Shown here in pieces: positions 1-10,319 of a stretch of 64,000 nt of DNA. Position 1 is the first letter of the stretch. Each line of letters opens with the position of its first letter. This DNA is from Prorocentrum cordatum (taxonomy: Eukaryota). The notes below the pieces were generated by a model. That model ran no database searches and was not told the DNA's origin. It saw only the letters and a program-made list of their open reading frames with translations. Made by a program: the position numbers and the translations under genes. The stretch lies in contig CAUYUJ010000114.1 of the NCBI GenBank assembly GCA_963575745.1, forward strand, positions 310,001 to 374,000. Direction: 5' to 3'.

Positions 1-916
1 CGAACCCGCAGTGATGGTTCAAGACTGGGCCCAGAGCTTCTGCTTGCGCAGACTGTTCAAGATTGAACCACCCTACGTTTTCCTACTTTCCACAGTTCCC
101 GCCTCCCCTGCTTCCCCTCCCACTTGCTCCCTGCTCCCCTTCCGCCTTGTCTCACCTCTTCCCACGCGGTGCTCGCAAGCAACTGCTGTGCCCGCTGGCA
201 CGTTTGGCGTTGTGGTGTGCACACAGGCGTTGTGGTGCACGAAGGCATTGGTGTGCACAGGCGCTGTACACAAGCATTTTGGGGCAGGCAGGCAGTGTGG
301 TGTACACATGCGCTGTTGCGCACGTGGCTGCTAGAGCGTACACAGGCACTGTGGTGTACACAGGCGTTGTGATGCACGTAGGCACTGTGGTGTACACAGG
401 CGTTGTGGTGCACACGGCTGTTGTGGTGTACACAGGCGCCGTGGTGTACGCAAGCGTTGCGGTGCAGGACGACGAGGGGGAGGCGGAGGGAGTAGGAGGA
501 GGGAAGGGGGAGGGAGCAAGATAACAACATATTCACAACTTGGTGGCCCATTGTGGGGGGGGGGCTGCGGGCTCTTGTTGTTGTTGGTTGTTGCCTCTGG
601 CTGCAGACAGTTCGCTGGCGCAGAGTAGGCGCGGCGGTGACCCCAGCGCGGGCGTTCAAGGTTGCGACGCGCCCCTGGGGAGGGAGCTTTCGCGCCCCAG
701 GATTCTCAGAAACGAACCCGCAGTGATGGTTCAAGACTGGGCCCAGAGCTTCTGCTTGCGCAGACTGTTCAAGATTGAACCACCCTACGTTTTCCTACTT
801 TCCCCAGTTCCCGCCTCCCCTGCTTCCCCTCCCACTTGCTCCTTGCTCCCCTTCCGCCTTGTCCCACCTCTTCCCACGCGGTGCTCGCAAGCAACTGCTG
901 TGCCCGCTGGCACGTT
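1..916 (+). repeat. ~204-bp near-identical direct repeat (1-204 and 713-916), with an ~18-bp GTGGTGTACACAGGCGCT-type minisatellite at ~205-460
   Basis: CGAACCCGCAGTGATGG..CCCGCTGGCACGTT occurs twice. The satellite unit recurs at 60.7-61.9 kb. Confidence 0.85.
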
Positions 917-934
917 TTGCCGTCCACGCGGCAG

Positions 935-1861
935 GCCAGTCCGACCGAGAAGGTGGTGGGTTTGCTCGACGACCTACGGGAGAAGGTGCTCAAGGAGGGC
1001 ACGTTCGAGGCTGGGACGTACAACGACTTCAGCTGCTTCTGCAAGGACACCATGACGGAGAAGTCGGAGGCCATCACCACAGGCGAAGACACGAAGGACG
1101 CGCTGGAAGCAGACATCCAGGCGGCGATGATACGGCGGAACGACGCTGACAAAGGCCTCCAGAAAGCCACAGGCTCCATATCCGATTTGCAGGCGGAGAT
1201 CCAGACCATGACAGCGGAGCACCACGAGGAGGCCCTCAGGAGCGAGAAGGACGAGCTCGACCTCACGAACGCCGTTCACGCGCTGGAGGCTGCCATCCGC
1301 GAACTGCAGGCGGCGAAGGTGGCCACCAGTTTCATCTCCGTTGCGCCGCTGGCCAAACGGATAGGACACGCAGTTGCGCTGGCCCAGGTGCTGGGATTCC
1401 CGCACGTCCAGGGCAAGCCAGCCGCTGCGTTGCTGCAGGCACTCACGGACCCGCTGGACATTCCGGACTCGGTCTACGAGTTCCACTCGGCCGACATCAT
1501 CACCACGCTGGAGGGTTTGATGACGGACTTCAAGAGCAAGAGGGTGGAGGTCCAGGAGGCGGCGGTGGAGGCCAAGAAGGTTTACCTGGCCCTGCTGCAG
1601 GAGAAGGAGGACGCCCTCGGAGTGCACGAGAGCGCCATCAGCGCCAGCAAGACCACGCAGGCCACGGAGACGAAGGCGATCTCGACGGCCTCGGCGGACC
1701 TGTCGGCCGTCTCGGCCAAGCTACTGGACGACCAGAACTACCTGGCCGACCTCTCCGCGCAGTGCCACGAGAAGGCCGTCATCTGGAACCAGCGGACCGA
1801 CATGCGGGCCAGAGAGCTCCAGGCGATCGTCTCGGCCACCGAGATGATAAAGTCGCTGCAG
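935..1861 (+). CDS. Internal exon of a dinoflagellate coiled-coil protein gene (gene 1)
   Basis: cag|GCC acceptor at 934. Reads ASPTEKVVGLLDDLREKVLKEG..TYNDFSCFCKDT..IITTLEGLMTDF..NYLADLSAQCHEKA..RARELQAI..SLQ, the PxxKVVxLL..Y.xF.C.C pattern of an abundant dinoflagellate coiled-coil family. Codons end mostly in G/C. CAG|GA donor at 1861. Confidence 0.8.
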
Positions 1862-1910
1862 GATCGACCAGACGGCACCGGAGGGGCAACAAACGTGGCG
1901 GGGCCGAGGG

Positions 1911-2146
1911 TGGAGGAGGAGGAGGAGGAGGTGGAGGAGAGAAGAGGAGGAGGAGGATGAGGAGGAGGATGAGGAGGAGGATGAGGAGGAAAGGAGGAGG
2001 AGGAGGAGGAGGAGGAGGAGGAGGAGGAGGAGGAGGAGGAGGAGGAGGAGGAGGAGGAGGAGGGGGAGGGGAGGAAGGGGAGGAGGAGGAGGAAAAGGAA
2101 GAGGAGGAGGAGGAGGAGGAGGGAGGAAGAATGAGGATGAGGTGGA

Positions 2147-2179
<33 letters not shown>

Positions 2180-2185
2180 GGAGGA
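1911..2185. repeat. (GGA)n microsatellite; similar GGA/CCT tracts at ~5122-5480, 5785-6120, 10060-10316, 29676-29990, 31390-31500, 40118-40250, 41095-41510, 56275-56352, 57775-58275
   Basis: Directly visible triplet runs. Confidence 0.95.
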
Positions 2186-4927
2186 TTGCAGGAATCTGGC
2201 CCTGGAGGGGCACCGAATTGCCCGCAAACTGCCACCGTGGGCCTGAAAGGTGCCCGAAAGGTGCACATTACTTCACCCCACGTCTACGGTCGAGAACTTT
2301 GGCTTCGTGTGTCGCTCCGCCGATTCTAGGCCCACCACGCCTCGGCGCGACACGCTGACCACGTCCCGGTCCGCAGTCGTGAACGTCCCGAGCTGCTCCG
2401 GGCCCCCCGCCCCGCGATCCAGATCGATGCGTTAGTATGCACCGTGCCGCGTTGGCGTCTCTCGTGGCTTCGTCGGTCCTCGGCCTGGGAATGGTACGAT
2501 GCATATTTTCTCGGCCCCTTGAAACATAACGATGATTCACCGTGCCGCGTTCGAAAGGGGCCTGAAGTGAGTCCAAGCATGGCACGGTGTATGGGTGCCG
2601 TTCTCGTACGCTTCCCGCTTGCAGGGAATAGCGTGTCGCCAGTGTCGCCGCCGCGACACGCTTAGCCAAAGTGCTTGACCGTCTTGCCCCCCCGCGGGAG
2701 GCGCGCGTCCGCCACGGCGGCACAGAGCACGGGCAGTGCGGACTTGGATGTCCAGCGTATGGCTGCAGGAAAATATGTCAGCTAGAGGTGACGCCAGGAT
2801 GCATCGGAGGGGGGGTGGAGAAGAAGGATCCGCTATACGTCATCAGGGTGCCCCTCCGACCTGGCTCGATCGATCGATCTCAACCAACCGATCCGACTCG
2901 GCCCGATCATGAGATCACTTGCCCGCAGGGCCGGAGGCCCCGGGCCGTTCAGAATCTGAGTGGCCAGAGGTCGCAGCCCCTCTCTTCCCCTGCCATCCTC
3001 TTTTTCTTCATCCGGTGAGTCCGATGTGGCCCTGACCTCCAGCCACTCAGATCCTGAGTGGCCCAGGGTCGTGGGGCCGCCCTCCCCTGCGAGGACAAAC
3101 CAATGAGAAATCTGCTCCGGGCCCCGGGCCAGTGACGGCAGCCCGATAAGACAGCTGCCACGGGCCCCGGTCACTCCGATTTGGAATGGGCGGGGGTCCC
3201 CGACCTCTGGCCACTCAGATTCTGAGTGGCCGGATGCTGCGGGGGCACCTCAAGAATCGACTAGACGTAAGAGTGACCTTTCGCCGGAGTGACCTTGGTG
3301 CGGGCACAGATGGGTCCCCATGATGGCTGAAAACGAGGCAGCAGCAGCTGCCTGCGCGTCCAGGTGTGGTCCCCCCGCGGCCCCCCAAAAGGTCGCGCAC
3401 CAGAGGTCACTCGTACCCAGGGTCACTCGTGCGTCTAGCCGAAAGAAAAGTCGCGCACCAAGGGTCACTCTTACCCAGGGTCACTCTTGCGTCTATAGCC
3501 GAAAGCAAAGCGCAACCAGTGGAAACACTGCCCCGCAGGGCCCCTATGGCCGCTCGGAGTATCTGGGGGGCTCCGGGCCTGTGAGCGGGCAGGGGCGCAG
3601 GGGCGCCGCCCAAGAGTCTGGGGGGGGGGGCCGCCGTGGGGTGGCCCGGGGAGGCTCCGGGCCTCGGGCCGCTCAGAGTCGGAGTGCCCAGGGGGGCCAA
3701 CCCCGCTCAGGAAGAGCCGTAAGGGAGCTGCTGTGGAGTAGCCTGTGGGGCTCCAGACCTCCGGCCGCTCAGAGTCGGAGTGCCCATGGGCCACCCCCGA
3801 TGAGGAACAGCAGTGAGTCGGGCCGGGCGAGAAGGGGGGGGGATTGGGAAAGGGGGGGGTCCGAAATTTGCTGCACGCAGCTGGTTTCGGCCTCACCGAG
3901 GGGCCCATTCCTCGATACATGGCCGCCTCGTGCGCCGGGAGGCGCTGGGAAAATCAGCTACGTGAGCTGATTCTGAAACCCCCCCTTTGCTACCCCCCCC
4001 CCTTTCGCCCGACCCGAGTAAGGAAGCTGCCCTGGGACCGCCGCCATTCAGATTTGGAGTGATCGGAGGTGGATCGACCTCCTGCCCTGACACGTCGATT
4101 AAGGAATGGGCCGTTTTCGGTTCGAGAGAGGGCGTCGCGGCCGTCATTTTGGCGGGTCCAGGTCCGTCGGTTTCGGTACCGGGCCGTTTTCACTAAGGGG
4201 AGGTTTTCTAAAGGGAGGTTTGTCCACCGCCGAAATGACCGGGTGGGCCGCGACCTCTGGCCACTCGGATTGCGAGTGACGGGTGGCCGCGAGACCTGCT
4301 CCCTGCCAATGATGAGAAACGCATGGCAAATCGGATTGCGAGTGACGGGTGGCCGCGAGACCTGCTCCCTGCCAATGATGAGAAACGCATGGCAAAATCG
4401 GCCTTGGTCCCTGGCCACTCACATTTGGAATGGCCCCGGGGGCCCAGGACTTGCGGCCATTCAGATTCTGAATGACCGGGGGCCCGAGGCCCCCCGCATT
4501 GAGGAGAAAGTTGTGGAAGTCGGTTAATGGAGAGGAAGCATGCTGCCAAATAATTTTCAGATGTCTAAAAGATGTTTCGAACATGTTCTAGATATGTAAG
4601 AATAATGCTTGAAACATGTTCAGAACATGTTTACACTTTACACATTTAAAACACAGATTGAATTCAATGATGGGATTGTTAGAGTGTCCATTGTCTTGGC
4701 ATCCACAAGGATGAAGCAATGAGAAAGCTCCCGCGGGCTTTTGGTTACTCAGATTTGAAGTGGCCGCAGGGGGCCCGCGAACTCTGTCCATTCGCATGCC
4801 ACGCGAAATCCGAATTGCCGGGGGCCTTGAGCACTGGCGCCTCAGAGATTTGGGCCGGCGTCAGACAAACCAGCTCTAGAACCGATCCGATCCGATCCGA
4901 TCCGGTTCGATCGACCACGGTCGTCTC

Positions 4928-4960
<33 letters not shown>

Positions 4961-5570
4961 CACCCTGGTCTTCAGATGGTGCGGGCGCACTGCGGTGTCC
5001 AGATGGTCGAATTCGATGCGATGGCAGCGGCTTGCGCGCTCCAGTTCGGTCTCCCCGCGGCCCCCGGAAGTCGCGGACCAAAGGTCACTCTTGCCGAGGG
5101 TCATTATTCAGTGTAGCCAAGTGGAGGAGGAGGAGGAGGAGGAGGAGGATGAGGAGAGGAGGAGGAGGAGGAGGAGAGGAGGAGGAGAAGAGGAGGAGGA
5201 GGAGGAGGAGGAGGAGGAGGAGGAGGAGGAGGAGGAGGAGGAGCAGGAGGGGAGGAGGAGGAGGAGGAGGAGAGGAGGAGAGAGGAGGAGGAGGAGGAGG
5301 AGGCGGAGGAGGAGGAGGAGGAGGGGGAGGAGGAGAGGAGGAGGAGGCGGAGGCGGAGGAGGAGGAGGAGGAGGAGGAGGAGGCGGAGGAGGAGGAGGAG
5401 GAGGAGGAGGAGGAGGGAGGAGGAGGAGGAGGAGGAGAAGGAGGAGGAGGAGGAGGAGGGGGAGTAGGAGGAGGAGGCTGGGGGGGTGTTTGACTGCCCC
5501 CGTCGCAGGAGGCGTCCCTCCCTCCCACGGTTCCTGCTCTCCGCCCGCGCCTTCCGCGGGCCCCCGGCAG

Positions 5571-5759
5571 GAGGAGTCGGCCAAGGGGGGCGCCGCAGAG
5601 CTGGCGCAGCGGGGCGCGCGCGCGGGCGCCCGGGCGGCCGCGCCGGCCCTGGTGCAGGTCTCGGCCCACGGGCGCCGCCGCCGCGGCGCGGCGGAGGAGC
5701 GCCCTGCGCGCGACGGCCTCAGCGGCGGAGGAGGCGCGGCGGAGCGAGACCCTCAGCTG
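5571..5759 (+). CDS. Probable linker exon of gene 1 (EESAKGG..APALVQVSAH..); 3' boundary uncertain
   Basis: cag|GAG acceptor at 5570 repeats the CAGGA of the previous donor. The PALVQ motif is typical of this family's linker. The exon sits between (GGA)n tracts. Confidence 0.55.
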
Positions 5760-6988
5760 GCATGCCGGGGAGGGAAAGTGCCCAGGAGGAGGAGGGGAGG
5801 AGGAGGAGGAGGAGGAGGGGGAGGAGGAGGGGGGGGAGGAGGATGAGGAGGAGGAGGAGGAGGAGGAGAGGAGGAGGAGGAGGGAGGAGGAGGAGGAGGA
5901 GGATAGGGGCAGGCCCCAACCTGACTCAGGGGAGGGGGAGGGTGTTGACGAGGACGAGGAGGAGGAGGAGGAGGAGGAGGAGGAGGAGGAGGAGGAGGAG
6001 GAGGAGGAGGATGGGGGCAGGCCCCAAGCTGACTCAGGGGAGGGGGAGGGTGTTGACGAGGAGGAGGAGGAGGAGGAGGAGGAGGAGGAGGAGGAGGAGG
6101 AGGAGGAGGAGGAGGAGGCGGTGTTTCGTCGTCCTCGCCCTCCTGGCGGTCCTCACAGGGCCACAGGGCCGTCATAAGACGACGCGGCTGAACAAAAAAA
6201 CGACCCCTGGGGAAGAGGTCCGGACGCCCAGGGACCCCGTACAGGCGGCCCAGATTAGTAGGTCGACCCTGCCAGCTCAAGGGTACCCTTGTGTCCTGTG
6301 CCTCTCGACACGAGCCTTCTTACACTCCTACGGCGATGTGGCCCTCGGAAGGGTCTTGTGTCCTCTCGCGTGTCCTGTCCAATCAAGGCCGACTGTACTC
6401 AGATGATCAAGACGCCCGATCTCTCGGCAACGGAGTCCAATGGAAAGCCGACGGGTACCCACACCGCTGCTCGTCCCGGGGAGCTCTCGAAGTTCTGGTC
6501 GGAACGCACCCTGGAGAGGTCCGTCAAGTAGCGGCATCGGTAATTACCAGAGGAACGAACATCGGCTCAAAGATGCACACTGCTCATTTCTAACTCTTCG
6601 GAGGTTCTTTAGTTTTTTGGGGGGCCAAGATCCTTTCATTTCTAATTGTTCTTTCCTGGGCCTATTCCTGGCCACTAGGGGGCCAGGAACAAATAGAAAC
6701 GAGCACAATTAGAAACGAGCACGATTAGAAATGAACGACGTGTACACTTTCGGAGGTCCGCGTGGATTTATTGGTTCGGCGCTGGGCCCCCCTGTCTGCG
6801 CCTCCGGCGCCGCCCCTGGCGCCGCCTCTGGCGCCGCCCCTGGCGCCGCCCCTGGCGCCGCCCCTGGCGCGCAGAGCGCGCCAGGGAGGTCCAGCGCCGA
6901 TCCAATAGATCCGCGCGGCCCTCCGAATGTTGATGTTTATGCAGATTTTCGTTCGCGATATTTGTACCTGTTTGCCCGCCCCCCCCAG

Positions 6989-7681
6989 GCACGGGCTCTG
7001 TCGCTGCTTCGCAGCAAGGCTGGGTCCTTGAAGAGCGTGGCCCTCCTCAACCTGACCTCCACCGCCGCCGAGGATCCCCTCGCAAAGGTGAAACAACTGA
7101 TCCAGGCTCTCGTCGAGCGCCTGCTGAAGGAGGCCGCGGCGGAGGCGAATCACAAGGGCTGGTGTGATAAGGAGGTCGGCCTGGCGGAGCAGAAGCGAGA
7201 CTACGCCGCCAAGGAGCTCAAGGAGATCAACAGCTTCTTGCAGAGCAGTGAGGTCCGCCACGAGAAGCTCGCCGAGCAGGCGGAGACCCTCGAGACTGAG
7301 ATCGAGGACCTGGCCACGGAGTTCAACAAAGCGGCTGCCATCAGGTCTTTCGAGGCGGCAGAGGCCAAGATGGCCATCTCCAGCGCCAGGAACAGCAGCC
7401 AGGTGGTCGCGACCGCGATGGACATGCTCGACAAGTTCTACCGGGAGGCCGCGAATCAGGGCACGTCGCAGCTGTCGCTGTTCCAGGCGCAGTCGCTGTC
7501 CCGCAACGGCACGGCCCCCGGCAGCACGCTGAAGGAGGACATGCCCGACGCCGGTTTCAACGACGTCTACACCGGCGACCAGGGCTCGGCGACCGGCATC
7601 ATGGCGTTGCTCGAGGTCGTGAAGTCCGACTTCGACCGTGCGGCCACGGAGACGGAGAAGGCGGAGAAAGAGGCCGAGCAG
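6989..7681 (+). CDS. Exon of gene 1 (second coiled-coil repeat)
   Basis: cag|GCA acceptor. Reads ARALSLLRSKAGSLKS..EDPLAKVKQLIQALVERLLKEAAAEANHKGWCDKE..GIMALLEVVKSDFDR..EQ. CAG|GA donor. Confidence 0.8.
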
Positions 7682-7777
7682 GAGTTCGAAGGAGAAAAAC
7701 TGCGTAATCATAAACTGTCGACGGTCCGCACTGAAGTCCGAGCGACGTTGATGTTTATGCAGTTTTTCTTCGTCCAG
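7682..7777 (+). mobile_element. Introner-like 96-bp GA-AG intron with terminal inverted repeats
   Basis: GAAAAACTGC..ATAAAC pairs with GTTTATGCAGTTTTTC. CAGGAGT is directly repeated at both junctions. Confidence 0.7.
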
Positions 7778-8014
7778 GAGTGGCTTGCGATGCAGACCGA
7801 CATGGGCAAGTCGAACGCCACGAAGAGGGAGACCCTGAAGTCGGTCGAGGGGCAGCTCAGCGAGGCCGCCGCGGACAACCACGACGCCCGCGAGAGCCTC
7901 GTGGGCCAGCAGGACCTGCTGGACAAGGCGCTGGGCCAGCTGGAGGCCCTGGGGCCGCCCTGCCTGGGCCCCAGCGGTCCGACGGCTGAGGAGCTCAAGA
8001 TCAAGCGCGACCAG
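7778..8014 (+). CDS. Exon of gene 1
   Basis: cag|GAG acceptor. Reads EWLAMQTDMGKS..LEALGPPCL..EELKIKRDQ. CAG|GA donor. Confidence 0.75.
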
Positions 8015-8234
8015 GATCGGGGGAGCGTAAGACACGGGCTTGCCAGGACTCGGGCTCGCCCTCGTTTTTTTTGACGACCGCGGCTCGGACTTTGACGAGT
8101 CGGAGTTTCGTGGGAGGTCTGCGGCGGGAGGCCTCGTCAGAATGCAGGCTCGGCCTCGTCATTTTTTTGACGACCTCGTCGCCGGGGGTTTCCGAGTCCC
8201 CTGTACCCGGGTCTTACTTACGCCCCCCCGACAG
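8015..8234 (+). mobile_element. Introner-like GA-AG intron with terminal inverted repeats
   Basis: TCGGGGGAGCGTAAGACACGGG..GGACTCGG pairs with CCGAGTCC..CCCGGGTCTTAC..CGCCCCCCCGA. CAGGA is directly repeated at the junctions. Confidence 0.7.
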
Positions 8235-8306
8235 GAGATCGAGGCACTCAAGCAGGCCCTGTGCATTCTCGACCAGCACGGCGGCGGCGGAGCGGAGCTG
8301 TGCTGA
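8235..8306 (+). CDS. Terminal exon of gene 1
   Basis: cag|GAG acceptor. EIEALKQALCILDQHGGGGAELC* completes the family's C-terminal R..EI.ALK.AL.IL motif. Confidence 0.75.
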   Translation, partial: EIEALKQALCILDQHGGGGAELC

Positions 8307-8408
8307 CGCGAGCCTCCAAAACGAGTCCTCTTCGTCAGCGGCATCCTCGCCCTCCTCTTCCTCCATTCTTTTTCCCTATAAGTAGTTCCTCAATGTCGGG
8401 GGACGAAG

Positions 8409-8556
8409 TCTATACATATCCACTGCTCCCTGGCCAGGCCCATCCTGAACCCAGGAGCTGCGTATACGCCCTCCTGGCCAAACCAGGAGGGCGTGGCGTA
8501 TACACAGCTGCTGTGTTCAGGATGGGCCTGGCCAGGGAGCAGTGGATATGTATAGA
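8409..8556. mobile_element. MITE-like perfect hairpin with 42-bp arms ending in TA-containing termini
   Basis: TCTATACATATCCACTGCTCCCTGGCCAGGCCCATCCTGAAC is the exact reverse complement of the 3' end. There is also an internal hairpin CGCCCTCCTGG/CCAGGAGGGCG. Confidence 0.8.
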
Positions 8557-8664
8557 TTGCGTCGCCCTACAATGTCGCACCCCGCGGCCAGTCGAAAGGG
8601 CGGGCTGGGCGTTTCGCCTGAGACGTCCTCACCATCTGCGACCTTGAAGCTGAAACATCGGCAA

Positions 8665-8930
8665 CAGTTTCACGGATGGAGGGCGGGTCGTTTTCAAGAT
8701 GTGGTTCTCGCTTTAGTGCCGCGTGCATTCGTTTTAAGCATTTGCAAGGCCTTCACGGGTTAAGGGCGGGCGACGGTTTTCAAAATGCGGTTCTCGTTTC
8801 AGCGCTGCGCACATTCATGCACAAAAAGTACAAGAGTTTCGCGGATTGAGGGCGGCTCGTTTTCAACATGTAGCTCTCGCATTAGCGCCGCGCACATTCG
8901 CTTTCAACATTTACCAGAGTTCCACGGATT
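8665..8930. repeat. Diverged ~84-bp tandem repeat, about 3 copies
   Basis: TTCACGG..AGGGCGG..TTTTCAA..TCTCG..GCGC.CATTC recurs at ~8668, 8752 and 8837. Confidence 0.7.
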
Positions 8931-10319
8931 CCCATGGTCAACGTACCAGAAGTAGTGTCTTGAAAGTTTCAGGATTCTGAGGGTGCAACAATTACGCTGG
9001 CTCGCGGTGCTGAAGTCCCAGGATGGGTGTTCTGGCACGGCTCAAAATCGTCAAGACGCACCAGTCAGGGTTATCCGCGGCGTGTGAGTCCCGAGAATGG
9101 TAGTTTGGCATGTTTCAGGGTCTTCAAACGGTTGTCTCACAACGAGGCCGTTCTCCCAGTGGAAATGAGCTTTTGTATGGGGCCTGTGAAGAGGGAGCTT
9201 GGAGGGACGGTTTATTCCAACATCATTGATGAATCTTGGGTTTGCACTGGTCCTCCTCCTGCTCCTGCTCCTCCTGCTCCCCCTCCTCCTCCCGGGCGGG
9301 CCCCAGTCCTCCGAAATCGTGATCTCTTCATGGCCTTCAATTCTGGACCCGATCACAGGGAATGCATTGTCCTGGAAGTTGCTTATGCCCAGGATTGTCT
9401 TTTAGTAGTGTTCCGTCGTCTACCGGTGCCAGGTTGGGGATTAGCCGCAGGGGTTGTGTCAGTTAAAAACAGGTAGAGTCAACTGTTCGATGCACTTCTG
9501 TGGCCTTCGGTGGATCTCCCTTTGGGGCTACGAAGCCCTGTGCTGGGTGGCGCGGGCGCATGCCAACGTCCTTTATGGCCTCCAGTGGAGTTCCCTATGG
9601 ACCACGGAGCGCCGTATTGGTTGGCTCGGACTAATGCCAGCGTCCTCTCTGGGCAACGTATTCCACTGCGCGTGCCCGCTCGTGGATGGTGCGCCCCGCG
9701 GTCAGAATCCTAGACTTACTGACTGGGTGCGTAGGCCCCAGGAAACCTCCGGGCACCCAAGGACGCCCCCAGAGGCAGGCCCCGGGAGCGTGGACGCCCA
9801 GCGCAGTTTGCGAGGGTTCGTGGCCTTGGGAGCGTGGGCGCAGCGTGTGCGTGTGCTTGCATTGGAAGGTTAAAGGGGGAGTTGTCGGTGTCTCCCGCTG
9901 CTATCACGTACGCTCAAGACTCCTGTCTCGCTCCAGTCCGCCAGTGGTGTAGGGCGGTCCCGCCGCCCAGCCTTCGTGGGCGGTCCTCGCGCTGGAAGCT
10001 GCCGAGCCTCGAGCCCGTGGTTTTCGAGTCCGAGCGCCACCCGCCGCGTCTACCTACCCTCCTCCTCCTCTCCTCCTCTCCTCCTCCTCCTCCTCCTCCT
10101 CCTCCTCCTCCTCCTCCTCCTCCTCCTCCTCCTCCTCCTCCTCCTCCTCCCCCTCCTCCTCCTCCTCCTCCTCCTCCTCCTCCTCCTCCTCCTCCTCCTC
10201 CTCCTCCTCCTCTCCTCCTCTCCCCCTGCTCCTCCTCCTCCCTCCTCCTCCCTCCTCCTCCTCCTCCTCCTCCTCCTCCTCCTCGTCCTCCTCCTCCTCC
10301 TCCTCCTCCTCCTCCTGAG

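Noticed and set aside
468..482. Possible micro-exon DDEGE of gene 1
   Set aside because: The splice signals are plausible (cag|G..GAG|GC), but it is too short to support without cDNA.
9027..9476. 149-aa ORF with a Pro-rich patch
   Set aside because: No recognisable domain, and codon usage is unlike the real exons.
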